A stretch of 64,000 nt of DNA, from the NCBI RefSeq assembly GCF_006345805.1, contig NC_042997.1, positions 176,948,001 through 177,012,000 on the forward strand. The letters run 5' to 3'. Shown here piece by piece: positions 11,591-24,424 of this stretch. This stretch comes from Octopus sinensis (taxonomy: Eukaryota). Position 1 is the first letter of the stretch. Every line of letters starts with the position of its first letter. A program made the position numbers and the translations under genes. The notes beneath the pieces are model-generated. The model searched no databases, had not been told where the DNA came from, and saw only the letters and a list, made by a program, of their open reading frames with translations.

Positions 11591-12194
11591 AAGGATACAT
11601 AATTATATATGTATAAATAATATATTATTTACGAAGATCTGAGTTTGTATGTGTCGTTACTCGGAGTTTCCTATTCTTAGTCTTCATTTCTGCAATCTAG
11701 AACGAGCTACTCCGAGGTGCAACTCACAGAACCTTAGCCTTCAATAAATCGCATTATTCCAATCAACGTTACAGTGTTCAATATTTTTTTCAATTATTAG
11801 ACAGTGGTTTCGTAAATTGGATTTAATGTAATTCTAGCCATTTGAAAGCAAATAAATCTATATAAGAGTTTCTGTGAATTCCGTTTCATTATGTGAGAAT
11901 GACTCGCAGCAAGATGGTCCTATTCATGTTGGTGAAACAGCTTTGAGATGAAGTCTTTGATGAAACGAAAACAGACGGACAACAAAGAAAAGCAGAAGAA
12001 ACAAAGTCGTACGTTTGTATGTGTACTTGAACGTGTGTTTGTGTGTGAAGAAGAGAGAGGGTGAGAGAGAGAGAGAGAGAGAAAGAGAAAGGAGAGAAGG
12101 TAAAGATGGGAGAGAAAGGACAAAGAGGACAGAGTGAGAGAACTGGTAAACAAAAGATGATGTAGTTTTGTATTTAATATTGAAGACATAGTAT

Positions 12195-12665
<471 letters not shown>

Positions 12666-13071
12666 ATGTGAGAGAGAATGAGAAAGAAAATAAAAGCGAG
12701 CGCAGACAAGGAAGAAATGCCGAAACAATCATGTGTTTGAATATACTTGCTTATGAAAGAGATATAGATAGAGAATGAGTAAGAAACATATTGGGAGAAA
12801 GAGAATTATAGATTGTATAATTGATGAATTTTATGAGTGTATGTTGCACGTGTGTCTATGTTTGGTTATATATATATTTGTGTTTGTGTACATATGTATC
12901 TTGTAGTATATGAGAGCATCAGCTTAGAAAGATAGGAGCAGAACATAAATGCACAAAGAGAAAGATAACGAAAGCAGGATCTTTAGATATTTTATGGTTC
13001 ACATTCTTTGTTTCGGTGTTAGTCTTTGGAGATGTAGCGAAAAGTTTGGTGAGGCCACAAGGTGAACTCAC

Positions 13072-13101
13072 CTTTCTTGACACTCTTCAATGTTGCCTGT
13101 T
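13072..13101 (-). CDS. candidate 30-nt micro-exon (EQATLKSVKK)
   Basis: ctctctctcgcttttag|AACAGGCAACATTGAAGAGTGTCAAGAAAG|gtgagt: strong acceptor and donor, symmetric phase 1, open; protein not recognised. Confidence 0.5.
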
Positions 13102-13645
13102 CTAAAAGCGAGAGAGAGAGAAGAGAGAGAGAGAGAGGGAGGATCTGGTATTTTACTAGTACTTTATCTATCGATATCACGGAAAGGATGAAAAGTAAAT
13201 CGATCTCACTGGAATTTGAACGCAGATAAACCTAAAGTAAACACACGCAGACAAATATATTAACATAACAATTTAAAAAAAAAAAATATACAATCAAAGA
13301 GACGAAAGAAACAGTAAGATGACACCTGTCGAATTGATTAGGTATTTCTGTTTATATAGAAATCTACCACGAACAGGTCATGTTACAGACAGTAAACTAT
13401 AAATTTCACTGGGTACAACCTTAAAGTTGACACCGCTCCGCTAAATGCAGAAAATTTCTCTCTCGTTTTTGGCTAAAGTTACAGTTTTCCCGATTTTCAA
13501 ATCTCTAATTTTTCCTCCAATTTCTTTCTCCTCAACATTACACCTACATAGCCACGAGACTGGAAGACTACATTATTATAGCCTATTTTCAGATTTTTTA
13601 CTTCCTTTTAAAAAATTATTTTTGCGAATGAAAATACTAGATCTG

Positions 13646-14182
13646 AAATGAAAATTTACCTCGTGGGGTAAAAGTTACTTTCGAAAAATTAATTAAATTC
13701 GAGGACAGGAAAATTACGTTCAATTGTACACTTAAGACACAGTAATAAATTTAATAAATTAAAAGTTTCAGAGACATGTCATATATTGTTTAGATATATC
13801 TTTGGATTATTATATTAAGACTATAGCTTAAGGTAATTTGGTTGTAAATAAATACCCAGCTTGTTTTTAGTAGCAACTAAATCTTGTGCTTTGCAGAGAG
13901 AAAAAGAAAGAGAGAGAGAGAGAGAGAGAAAGAAAGAGGAAGAGAGAGATAGAGAGGGAGAGATAGATAGAAGAGATAGCGGTGAATGAATTAGAGAGGG
14001 GGAAATGAGAATTTACCTCGTGGGGTAAAAGTTACATTTGAGAAATTAATTAAATTCGAGGACAGCAAAATTAAGTTCAGTTCTACATTTAAGACATAGC
14101 AATAAATTAAATAAATTAAAAGTTGCAGAGAAACGTCATATATCTTTTAGATATATTTTAGATTATTATATTAAGATCATAG
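13646..14182 (+). repeat. diverged ~180-bp direct repeat (13646-13826 and 14003-14182)
   Basis: Both copies read aaatga.aatttacctcgtggggtaaaagttac...gattattatattaaga; separated by a GA-rich spacer. Confidence 0.9.
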
Positions 14183-14199
14183 TTTACGATATTTTGACT

Positions 14200-14926
14200 G
14201 AGAAGAAATGAACGCAGATAAAAAGAAGCAGCAAGGAAGGAGGAAAATGTACGGTCAGTTTGCAACAAATGTGAACGCCAAGACAGATACAGAAGACCGA
14301 TGGCTATGGATAAGGAAGAGTGAATTGAAGCTAGAGACAGAAACACACATATGCGCAGCTCAAGAGCAAGCGTTAAGGATCAACTATGTGAACTGCAGAA
14401 TAGACAACGCTACTGACAGCGACAAATGCAGAGGGTGTGGTGAGAGGATTGAAACGGTATGGTACATCGTTAGCGAATGCCCGAAATTGGCACACTGCTA
14501 ATACAAAAGACAACATAACAATGTAGGTAGAATGATCCATTGGGAGCTCTGTGGAAATCACAGCCTATAAAGAGCAAAGACATAGTATGAACAAACCTCA
14601 GGAAGAGTCACCGAGAATGAGATTTGAAAAATCTGGAGATGCAATGATCCAGTGCGATCACCTGACCAAACCGGACATTGTTGTATTAAGTAAAAAAGAA
14701 AGGACATGCTTGATAATCGACATAGCATGCCCCGATGACAATAAGATAAAAGTGACAGAAGAAGAAATGAACAACTATGACAATTTGAAGTGGGAAATAC
14801 GAAGGTTGTGGTCAATGAGGAGAGTAGACGTGATACCAATAGTAATTGGCGCACTTGGAAGTATCAGCACTCAACTACCAGCATAGCTGAAAAAGATCGG
14901 TGCAAGTGTGAAGGTAGAACACCTAC
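14200..14926 (+). mobile_element. R4/Dong-clade non-LTR retrotransposon 3' fragment (zinc knuckle + restriction-like endonuclease)
   Basis: MYGQF; LETETHICAAQEQAL; CRGCGERIETVWYIVSECPKLA (CCHC-derived); KPDIVV..IIDIACP..(PD-D/ExK); VIPIVIGALGS; stops and frameshifts. Confidence 0.85.
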
Positions 14927-14980
14927 AAATACCGCTAAGCATTTCGCCCGACGTGCTAACGTTTCTGCCAGCTCGCCGCC

Positions 14981-14982
<2 letters not shown>
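14927..14982 (-). mobile_element. SINE family A head fragment
   Basis: aaataccgctaagcatttcgcccgacgtgctaacgtttctgccagctcgccgcctt. Confidence 0.9.
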
Positions 14983-14983
<1 letters not shown>

Positions 14984-15046
<63 letters not shown>

Positions 15047-15290
15047 TTGATGGTGATGATGACGAGAAGCAAGAGTAGCAGTTGAAGGAGGATGAGGAGA
15101 AGACGTCGACGATGACGAAGAAGAAGAACAAGAAGAAGAAGAAGAAGAAGAAAAGAAGAAGAAGAAGAAGAAGAGGTAGAAGAAGGAGGAGAAGAAGAGG
15201 TAGAAGAAGAAGAAGAAGAAGAAGAAGAAGAAGAAGAAGAAGAAGAAGAAGAAGAAGAGACGAAGAAGAAGAAAAAGAAGAAGAAGATAG
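14984..15290. repeat. (TAA)n followed by (GAA)n microsatellites
   Basis: Direct reading; explains the poly-L/S/R ORFs. Confidence 0.97.
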
Positions 15291-16689
15291 TGAGTAATTT
15301 TGAATTAAACTTTTCAATTTTACTATCAAAAGAAATTTCAGAATACCCAACAGCAAATATTGATAACTCCATTGATTTATTAATTAAACAGACAAACTTT
15401 CAAACATCTGGAATGTTCGGGAATATAAAAGTGCGACTGAAATTGAACGATTCTTTTTGTAAAAATGTACGAAGCTCTTAAACATTTATAGTTCATGTTG
15501 TATAAATGGAAAGTTAATAACCACCTATATAGACGATACAAGGTAATGGATCTACTTATTCTATTCAAATACCAGTACCGTACCTTCACTGCCGCTGATT
15601 GAATCTTTGCTGGTGATTATAACACGTTGATTATATGAAAACCAGTTCTCACAAACTTTTCCTAATTGTCCAGTAAAAATACAACCTCTCAAACACACAA
15701 CCTTCGGGGTTTGTGTAGAAGACACTTGCTCAAGGTGCCGCGCAGTGGAAGGGAACCACATGGCTGTAAAGCCAGCTTATTAACCTAACAGTAGTAATGC
15801 CTACGTCTTTTTTAATTTTGTTCTTGAAAACGTGGTTTTCTCTAACACTACATACAAAGTGCGCTAGTAATCCTTTTTACTTAATCTCCAGTGCGCCACA
15901 AAATCAAACAGGCAGAGTATCACTATGATAATCCCTCCTTGATATGCAGTCGAGATTGTGAGTAATTTTACACGAATGTTTTGTTAGCTTGCCAGCCTTC
16001 TCTATGTCCGGGAATTATATGTTTCGTGAATATGTATCAGGTTTAATGCGATATTGCTGTGTCCTTGCTTTTCTGTGGGACATTAACGGTACGAATTAAA
16101 CGAATTGATTTCAACATGAATAGAAATGTGCTCATGCTCTTCATTCATTAACAATATTTATTTCCATTTTCTAGGGAACTCCCATGGTTTCCATGATATA
16201 TTGATCTCTTTTGCATTTAGTACGAAAGCCTTGAATTTTTGTTATAACATTTGGAAAAATGAGCATTTCTCGCATTCATGTCATTCTCAGAAGCATTAGG
16301 GTATAAATAGAGCACTTTAACTGCGTATCGCAAAAGGCTCGTAAACGTGACTTGCTGGAAGCTTTTTATTTTAAGTTCTCTATACAACGTACCTAGCCAT
16401 AGTTTTCCACCAGAGCATATTCATCCTACAGATGTGGTTAAAAGTTACAATATCCTATTTCATTTGAATCTGTTTCTTTAAATTAGATTGGAATACAGAA
16501 GTTCTGTGGCATTTCAAGACGGGAATGAAATAGATACTTTTTAATTTATATATTTAATCAAGATAATATTTTCCCTCATTATTGATAACATAATCCCATC
16601 TATTTCCTCTATTTGGCAAATTGTTGATCCCACGGACATACAATTCTTCAGATTTCGAAACAAAGACACACTTAATATTAGTTTTAACC

Positions 16690-17545
16690 TCTTCACAATT
16701 TAAAAATCTGTTTCCCCTCGTCATAATGCTGCAATGATCTGAAAAGATAAGTCAAATGGAACAAAGCCAGGAGAATAAAGAAGATGGGGTAAAACTTCCA
16801 TATTTAGTACCATATTCTTTTCCTGAGTGATCTGGACACAATGTGGTCTTGCATTATCGTGTAAGAGCAACACCCCATTGCAACTGACGCGCGCTTTTTC
16901 TGTAAATTTTTATGTAATTCTTCCGTCTGACCGCAATCTTTTCCGCATTAACTGTTTCGTTTTGGATTTTCATGATAGACGACCCCCTTCATATCTCACC
17001 AAACACAGAGCATGACATTTTTCGGGTGTAATCCTGCTTTTGGGATGGATTCCTTTTCATTCGGTACTAGCAATATTTGTTTTCAATGGATATGATTATA
17101 GGGAATCCATTTCTTATTACTTATGATAATTCTATCTAAGAACTGTTCGATAACACGTTTACTCTTCAATTACGAGCAGAGGGAAAATAGTTGGTTAAGC
17201 TGAAAAGAAGTCAGATGATGAGGAAAGGATTGACCAAATTTAGATATTTTTTTTAGTTCATGAAGGTGATTAATTATTGAGATTTTGTGATCGAAGTAAA
17301 CTGAACTATTTTGTCAATTCGTATGCAGTTTGCTTTATACTTTCCTTTACCATTTTCAGAAGCCTAGTATAGGCAGAACTTAGTCGTCCAAAACGAGAGG
17401 AGTCTGAGGGAAAAATGATTCGCAAGTGAATTTGGCCAAATCATCGCTGGCATGTCTGAACACTTCTATAAACAGAACGAATATTTCTCGCCGCTTCCAA
17501 TACAGAACCCCTTTTGAATCCATACAGCATGAAGTGTTTTATATG
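16690..17545 (-). mobile_element. decayed mariner transposase
   Basis: HFMLYGFKRGSVLEAARNIRSVY (HTH), KAGLHPKNVMLCVW*DMKG, VLLLHDNARPH, EVLPHLLYSPG (YSPDL); multiple stops. Confidence 0.9.
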
Positions 17546-17759
17546 GGTCTAATCTAAACTCATTTTAAAAGTGTAAAATCCTTAAGAATTTAACCACTAT
17601 GGTATAAAGTAATCCACAAAGAAAGAAAGAAAAAACATTACAATAAAGAATTAATACTTATTTTATTGTCAATATTGAAAAAGGATCCCCAAAGAGATCA
17701 TGTAAAAAATGCAACAGGACTTTCCAGCCTAATACAATAAAGCATACAATTGCACGATG

Positions 17760-18230
17760 TGGGAATAACTATCAAACAACTGTGCTAGCCGCCTTCCACG
17801 TCATGGTGCCCTTACCGAAATCCTAAAGCATGGCTTATATACCGCAGGCTTCCCTTTCCAGCTCGAGCCAGCGGGGCTAGACCAAGGGGGCAGTAACAGG
17901 TCTGACAGTATGACAGTTTTCCCGTTGCATCTGGAATTCCTAACATAACACATTTTCCAGAAGCAACTTGGCATGTTCAGCTACCAGCCAAGACTCCGCT
18001 TTTCGTCAGTCTGAGAAAAGCAAACTGTCAAAGGTTTATCGGCACCCAGATCATAACTTTGCTCACTGCTAACGGGGCGATGATGGCTATTCGCAAGTGC
18101 AAGCCCCTTCAGTCAGAGTGGCTGTCCAAACGAGCGTATCTTCATCTCCATCCACCGCGGCAACGGCTTTTCCATTTTGTCTGCTGGGACCACTAGGCGC
18201 CCTGAATTACAGGAAATCGAGAGAATGTAA
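17760..18230 (+). mobile_element. CRE-clade non-LTR retrotransposon 3' fragment (RLE domain)
   Basis: RLPRHGALTEILK..LEPAGLDQGGSNRSDSMTVFP (RH...EPxGL...RPDG) and terminal ISIHRGNGFSILSAG (QRGNA motif). Confidence 0.8.
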
Positions 18231-18959
18231 AATGTTCGTTGCTTATTACCCGTAGTTGGTCAGTATACCATCCCATTTCTCTTCGACCAATTTATCACTT
18301 TATTTTCTCTAAATGATTTATTTATACTAACCATCTATCCCACAATCATTTTTGTGCTCTTTAGTCTTTGCTCTACTCAGTGAATCAGACAATATCCCCA
18401 CCACCTAACAAAACACTCGAGCTAAGGTGGGAGCGTGTTACTTTGTTGTTTTCTTGAAGCTCCGAGTTTAATTTCAAATGAGGTCAGTTCGAAAAGAACT
18501 ATGAACAAAATTATTCCATTTGTGAGTCTCCAGCCATTCATTCTTTGGACTAATTTTAACCATTGATCATTTTAATTATTGTACTCTGTCCTACTAAATG
18601 GAATGCATTTTTATGGGAGGAAGGTAGGCATTCTAGAAAGTTGTTTATGAAAATACGAGTTACCACATTATAGCTTTCTTCTCCCACAATTATAATCTAA
18701 TTATATTATATTTTTTTCTTATTTCGCTGTTGAAATTAGCAACAGTGTTTCGTTATTTGAACCAATTATAGCATAAATTTTTCTGACACTGCGCCTTCAT
18801 TCTTTGGACTAATTTTCATCGATTCATGCTCCTCACTCCTTTGTTACCGTTCAGCTATTTTCGGCTGCTCTTTGTTTAAAAATACTTGGATTAATAGATT
18901 TAAACAAAAAAACACAGCTTCCAGGAGTGATGTATGTGCTTGTCTGTGTGTGTATAAAT

Positions 18960-19556
18960 AATTGAGGCATATATATAAATGCGTATATTATACACATACA
19001 TATGATAGATATATATAATATATATATATTATAATATATATATATTATATATATATTAATATATATATTATATATATATAATATATATATATAATATATA
19101 TATATATGTATGTATATTGCACATATATATACATACATATATACACAGACACAGACACACCATGTACAAATACATATATACATATGTGAGTGTATCTGCG
19201 TGCGTTTGTGTGTATGGAAAGTGTAAGTATCCATGTACGTATGAGAGAATAAAGTAGTAATTAGTGATTCTACACGCTGGTCTTTTCTTAAACATCTTCA
19301 GAGATAAAAATAACATTCAAAAGACATTTATTGAATCGGTCTGGGTATCTTTCACTTTTCCTTTGAAGATATATGTATGTAAGTAAGTATGTATGTATGT
19401 ATATATATTTATGTATATGTATAAATATATATATATAATATATATATATATGAAAATATGTATATATATATATATATATGAAAATATGTATATATATATA
19501 TATAAGTATATGCGTGCGTGCGCGCGCGTGCATTTGTATGTATGCATGTATGTATG

Positions 19557-19588
<32 letters not shown>

Positions 19589-19590
19589 AA
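18960..19590. repeat. two TA-rich microsatellite blocks (~18960-19200, ~19370-19590)
   Basis: Direct reading. Confidence 0.93.
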
Positions 19591-20078
19591 GAGAAAGTAA
19601 GTGGTGAATTGGTGTTCGCCTCCATTTGGTGTTTTAATCCGTGTGATAGGCTTGAAAAATTGATAAGTTTATTAAGATATTCTCTTGTTATGAAACCAAT
19701 GGTAGCCTTAATGCACAAATAAAATCTCTCTCTCTCTCTATATATATATAGAGAGAGAGAGAGAGTTGAACAAATCTTCTAGCAACTTTATTAAAGATAG
19801 CGTAGAACAGCTAACCATGCGTAAACCCTATATCATCTTGAAGGATCACAAAGAATACTTTAAAAAAACTCCAACTCTAGATTGATAAACCTCACACAAT
19901 AATATGATCTCAGTGTAGCTAGTAAACACATCCTTGCACGATTCAGTAAATAGAAATTTTAATCACGCAACATAGGTATCTCAGTGAAACAGCAAGCGGG
20001 TCGTAAATGTCACAATTCGAAATTAAAATTAAGAGGATGAAATTGAATGCTAATCCATTTTCTTGCAGTGAGTGATAC

Positions 20079-20136
20079 CTGTTCTATTGTGATTTCTGTC
20101 ATGCTGGCCCACAGGATGGCGACAAAATCTAGCTAG
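20079..20136 (-). CDS. candidate 58-nt exon (LARFCRHPVGQHDRNHNRT); alternative acceptors 4 and 8 nt inside
   Basis: aatattttttctcatcag| ... cag|gtatca; phase 0 to 1, compatible with neighbouring candidates. Confidence 0.3.
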
Positions 20137-20225
20137 CTGATGAGAAAAAATATTTTCTTGCAATGGATCGAAATCTTGTGAGTTGAGCGTAGTTGAATGA
20201 GTTGATTGCTACTTATTTTATCTAT

Positions 20226-20458
20226 AAGGCGGCGAGCTGGCAGAAACGTTAGCACGCCGGGCGAAATGCGTAACCGTATTTCGTCTGCCGTTACGTTCTG
20301 AGTTCAAATTCCGCCGAGGTCAACTTTGCCTTTCATCCTTTCGGGGTCGATAAATTAAGTAGCAGTTACGCACTGGGATCGATGTAATCGACTTAATCCG
20401 TTTGTCTGTCCTTGTTTGTCCTCTCTGTGTTTAGCCCCTTGTGGGTAGTAAAGAAATA
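20226..20458 (+). mobile_element. full-length SINE family A monomer (tail-1) with 22-bp TSD
   Basis: TSD gattgctacttattttatctat at 20204-20225 and 20459-20480; B-box-like gagttcaaattcc. Confidence 0.95.
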
Positions 20459-20539
20459 GATTGCTACTTATTTTATCTATGATGACGACGACGACGACGA
20501 CGACGATGATGATGATGATGATGATAAGGCTACTGAAAA

Positions 20540-21545
20540 ATAATAACTAACATCATGCATGTCTTGAAAACGGCATACAATTCTGCAAATACAAAAGGAG
20601 AGAAATGTGCAAACAAATCTTATTCGTATTACAAGAGAAATATTCCAAGGCGAATTTTCCTTCCGATCTTTTTCAACACAACTTTAAAAACTGGAAACAC
20701 CATTTCATACAATACAAGGATTTACTTGAAGAACTAATATATAATTCCTGTCAGAAAGACGTACGGAGGCAGCCTAGAAGAGAGAAAAAAAATTATTATA
20801 ACACCTATCGAGTTAGATGGAGAAGAATAGATTAGAGAATTAGATGAAGCATAGACTTACAAATATACAGAAATTATTGAATTAGACAGAGTATGACACA
20901 CTCAAATGAAAGAAAAGATTATGAAGGAATATTATAGAAGCATTAGATTAATACTTAAAGCATAACTGACTGTAAAAAAATACGCCTGTATGCATTAATA
21001 TTCTAGCAGTCTCAGTCATAAGTTTTTATAATATTCTCAACTGGACATGAATTGAATTTGCGTGGTTAGTCAGGAAAAAAGAAAACTAACTGCTTATAGA
21101 AGACGCCATACAAAACCTGACACCAAAATATATGTATTTATCAGGAATACAGGAAAGTAGAAAGCCATTAGAAATATCTACTATAGTGCCACTAGAAATC
21201 TATTACGAAATATCTATAATACTTCAAAATTATCTGGTAAAGAATATCTAGTAATGAAATTTAATAGAGATAGTTTTAAACGGGAAAGAAACAAAAAGCA
21301 AATAGAAATAAACAAAAGCAAACTATTTTCTGTATTCAAGAAAGTTTATGAATATACAACAGAGAATAAAGTGAGAGATATTGTTAAAATAAAAACAAAT
21401 AACGAAGCTAAAGATAGGACTGCATATTGTCAAATTAAAAGCTGGCAAGAAACGCATTAGCATGGTTAATATTTGAGAAAACTGATTAAGGAGGTAAAAG
21501 CTAAAAATATTTTTAGCCCGGTTGAGAAGCGTATGACTCAATAGG
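20540..21545 (+). mobile_element. decayed R4/Dong-like reverse transcriptase fragment
   Basis: LIRITREIFQGE (RGIFQGD), IRELDEA*TYKY, HTQMKEKIMKEYYRSIRLILK, ILNWT; many stops. Confidence 0.7.
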
Positions 21546-21721
21546 ATTTTTAAGACAAAAGATCAAAACTTGTTCAGTAATTATCAAATGAATCAGAATG
21601 AGTACAATACAGATAACCGTCAATCGTGTGAGAATATGGCTCGATAACATGTATCATGCAACTAGCATTCTTACTGCCACTGCTAGACCATTTTTGTCGG
21701 CTATATTTATGTTTTTGATTT

Positions 21722-22136
21722 TTTTTCTACTCTAGGGACAAGGCCCGAAATTTTGGAGGAGTGTGTGCGTGTGTGGGGGGTGCAGCCGATTATATTCGAC
21801 CTCAGTAAGCAACTGGTGCTTAATTTATCGACACCGAAAGGATGAAAGACAAAGTCGACTTCGACCGAATTTGAACTCTGAACGTAAAGACAGATGAAAT
21901 ACCTATTTCTTTACTACCCACAAGGGGCTAAACACAGAGAGGACAAACAAGGACAGACAAAGAGATTAAGTTGATTACATCGCCCCCAGTGCGTAACTGG
22001 TAATTATTTAATCGACCCCGAAAGGATGAAAGGCAAAGTCGACCACGGCGGAATTTGAACTCAGAACGTAACGGCAGACGAAATACCGCTAAGCATTTCG
22101 CCCGGCGTGCTAACATCTCTGCCAGCTCGCCGCCTT
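21722..22136 (-). mobile_element. SINE family A dimer (tail-1 + tail-2)
   Basis: Head ends at 22136; junction aaagaaatag|gtatttc at 21902/21903; tail-2 gggccttgtccctagagtagaaaa at the left end. Confidence 0.9.
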
Positions 22137-22162
22137 AAGCTTATATAAATACTGCACTACTA

Positions 22163-22358
22163 CAGGCGGCGAACTGGCGGAATCGTTACCACGCCGGACA
22201 AGATGCTTAGCGACATTTCATCCGTCTTTTTGTTCTGAGTTCAAATTCCTCTGAAGTTGACTTTGCGTTCATCCTTTCGAACGTAAAGACTCAGAAGGTA
22301 AAGACAGACGAAATACCGCAAAGCATTTCGCCCGACATGCTAACGTTTCTGTCAGCAC
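22163..22358. mobile_element. two SINE family A 5' halves fused in opposite orientation
   Basis: + head caggcggcgaactggcggaatcg...catcctttcg joined to - head gacgaaataccgcaaagcatttcgcccgacatgctaacg. Confidence 0.75.
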
Positions 22359-22731
22359 ATCCATAAATGACATAATTTCCGGACGAATAGCGTAGTAAAT
22401 TCGCTTTTAAGTGGTGTATTTATATCAATTATAATATGCCGATGGGTGTTTAAATCTAATACTGTTTCTGTTGCATATATTGGATATCTATTCAACTGTG
22501 AGTCTAAGTGCAACACCAGTGATTGCTCAATCATTATTTTCCAATCTCTGCAGCGACCGATTTTGTTCTAGCATACGATTGGCAGAAAGTACATGCTGGT
22601 GTATAGACGATTTTCGCCTGCTACTGATATATTTTGTTTTTAAACACAGAACGTCCGTAAAAGATATTCTCTCCAGACGAATACAGCAGTAAATTTGCTT
22701 TTTCGTGATGTCTTTCTTTCTCTTTCTCTCG

Positions 22732-23137
<406 letters not shown>

Positions 23138-23140
23138 TTA

Positions 23141-23393
23141 GGGCAAACTACATGGTAGTGTTACATGCTAGATGTTAAATGACTCTAAAACTATCTTATT
23201 TATCACATAAACTGATAACGGGAAAGGAAGTTATATTCCTGAACTAGAAATCAATTGAGCTATGGATAAAACTTTTTAAAAATATTTTTTTTCTTCATTT
23301 CCCTCGCTTTCAGCCCGTATCTATGTGATAAATAAGGTAGTTTTAGAATAATTTGACATCTTCTAGCATGTGGCACTTCCATGTAGTTTACCT
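23141..23393. mobile_element. MITE with ~70-bp TIRs, probably PIF/Harbinger (Tourist-like)
   Basis: Left gggcaaactacatggtagtgttacatgctag..tatcttatttatcacata; right reverse complement aggtaaactacatggaagtgccacatgctag..taccttatttatcacata; flanked by TTA on both sides. Confidence 0.75.
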
Positions 23394-23579
23394 TTATTTT
23401 TATTTTTTTATTTTATTTATTTCATCTAGTTTCAGCTCACGAGCTGTGACCATGCTGGAGCAACGCCATTTGGTGTTGCTTTATTATAATTTTTATAAAA
23501 AATTACATATTCTGTATTAATTTATACCTAAAAGATTTTACATGCTACCTACCTGATAAAATTCTATAGATTTTATCCT

Positions 23580-23597
23580 TGATAATAATAATAATAA

Positions 23598-23660
<63 letters not shown>

Positions 23661-23680
23661 TATTATTATTATTATTATTA
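23580..23680. repeat. (AAT)n followed by (TAT)n
   Basis: Direct reading. Confidence 0.95.
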
Positions 23681-23930
23681 TGGATCTTTTCTTTTTGAAA
23701 GCCAGATTTTTCAGATTTTTCTAGTTAACTAAATAATTTGAAACTTCGTATACTGGTAGAATGTGTCAAAAGAAACCAATAATTTCAACGAGTTTTTTTG
23801 ACAAAAATGTATTTTATAAGTTTAAACGTAGTTTAAATCTGCGAAGTTTAACCAATCGTATTGTCTGTTTTCATTTGAAATTATTAGCTGCATAGTGTTA
23901 ATGTGACGTAGATAGCTATTTTGTGAGTGG
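23681..23930 (+). repeat. GGATCTTTTC-terminal repeat family, copy 2
   Basis: ggatcttttctttttgaaagc...ctagttaactaaataatttgaaacttcgtatactggtagaatg. Confidence 0.75.
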
Positions 23931-24340
23931 GTAAGCAGTAAGCAAACAGCTGTGGTAGATGTGGCTATCATGGCAGTGGTGGTAGTGGTGACAGTGGATG
24001 TGTATAATGGCAGCAATTATAGTGTTGGTGTTTTTGTAGAGGTGGTGGTGGTGGTGGCGGCAGTGGATGAGATGATAATGATGATGATAGTAGTAGTAGC
24101 ATTGATTATGTTAGGATGTCTCATGGATGGTGTGTGTGTGTGTGTATGTATTGATCAAAACAGTTTGATTCAAATTCTGTGGTACTTATATTTCATACAT
24201 ACATATACATGTAGATGTATATAACATATATATATATTGTATGTAAACCTTTTATATATATATAATGTATGCATCTATAATACACACCATCTATAATATA
24301 TACACATATTATGCATATACATTAGAATATGTGTGTATAG

Positions 24341-24398
<58 letters not shown>

Positions 24399-24424
24399 TA
24401 TATATATATAATGTATATAATATA

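Noticed and set aside
11945-12008. Plus-strand exon ([20 protein letters not shown] or [11 protein letters not shown])
   Set aside because: No good acceptor, weak donor, and a purine-rich composition that gives such peptides by chance
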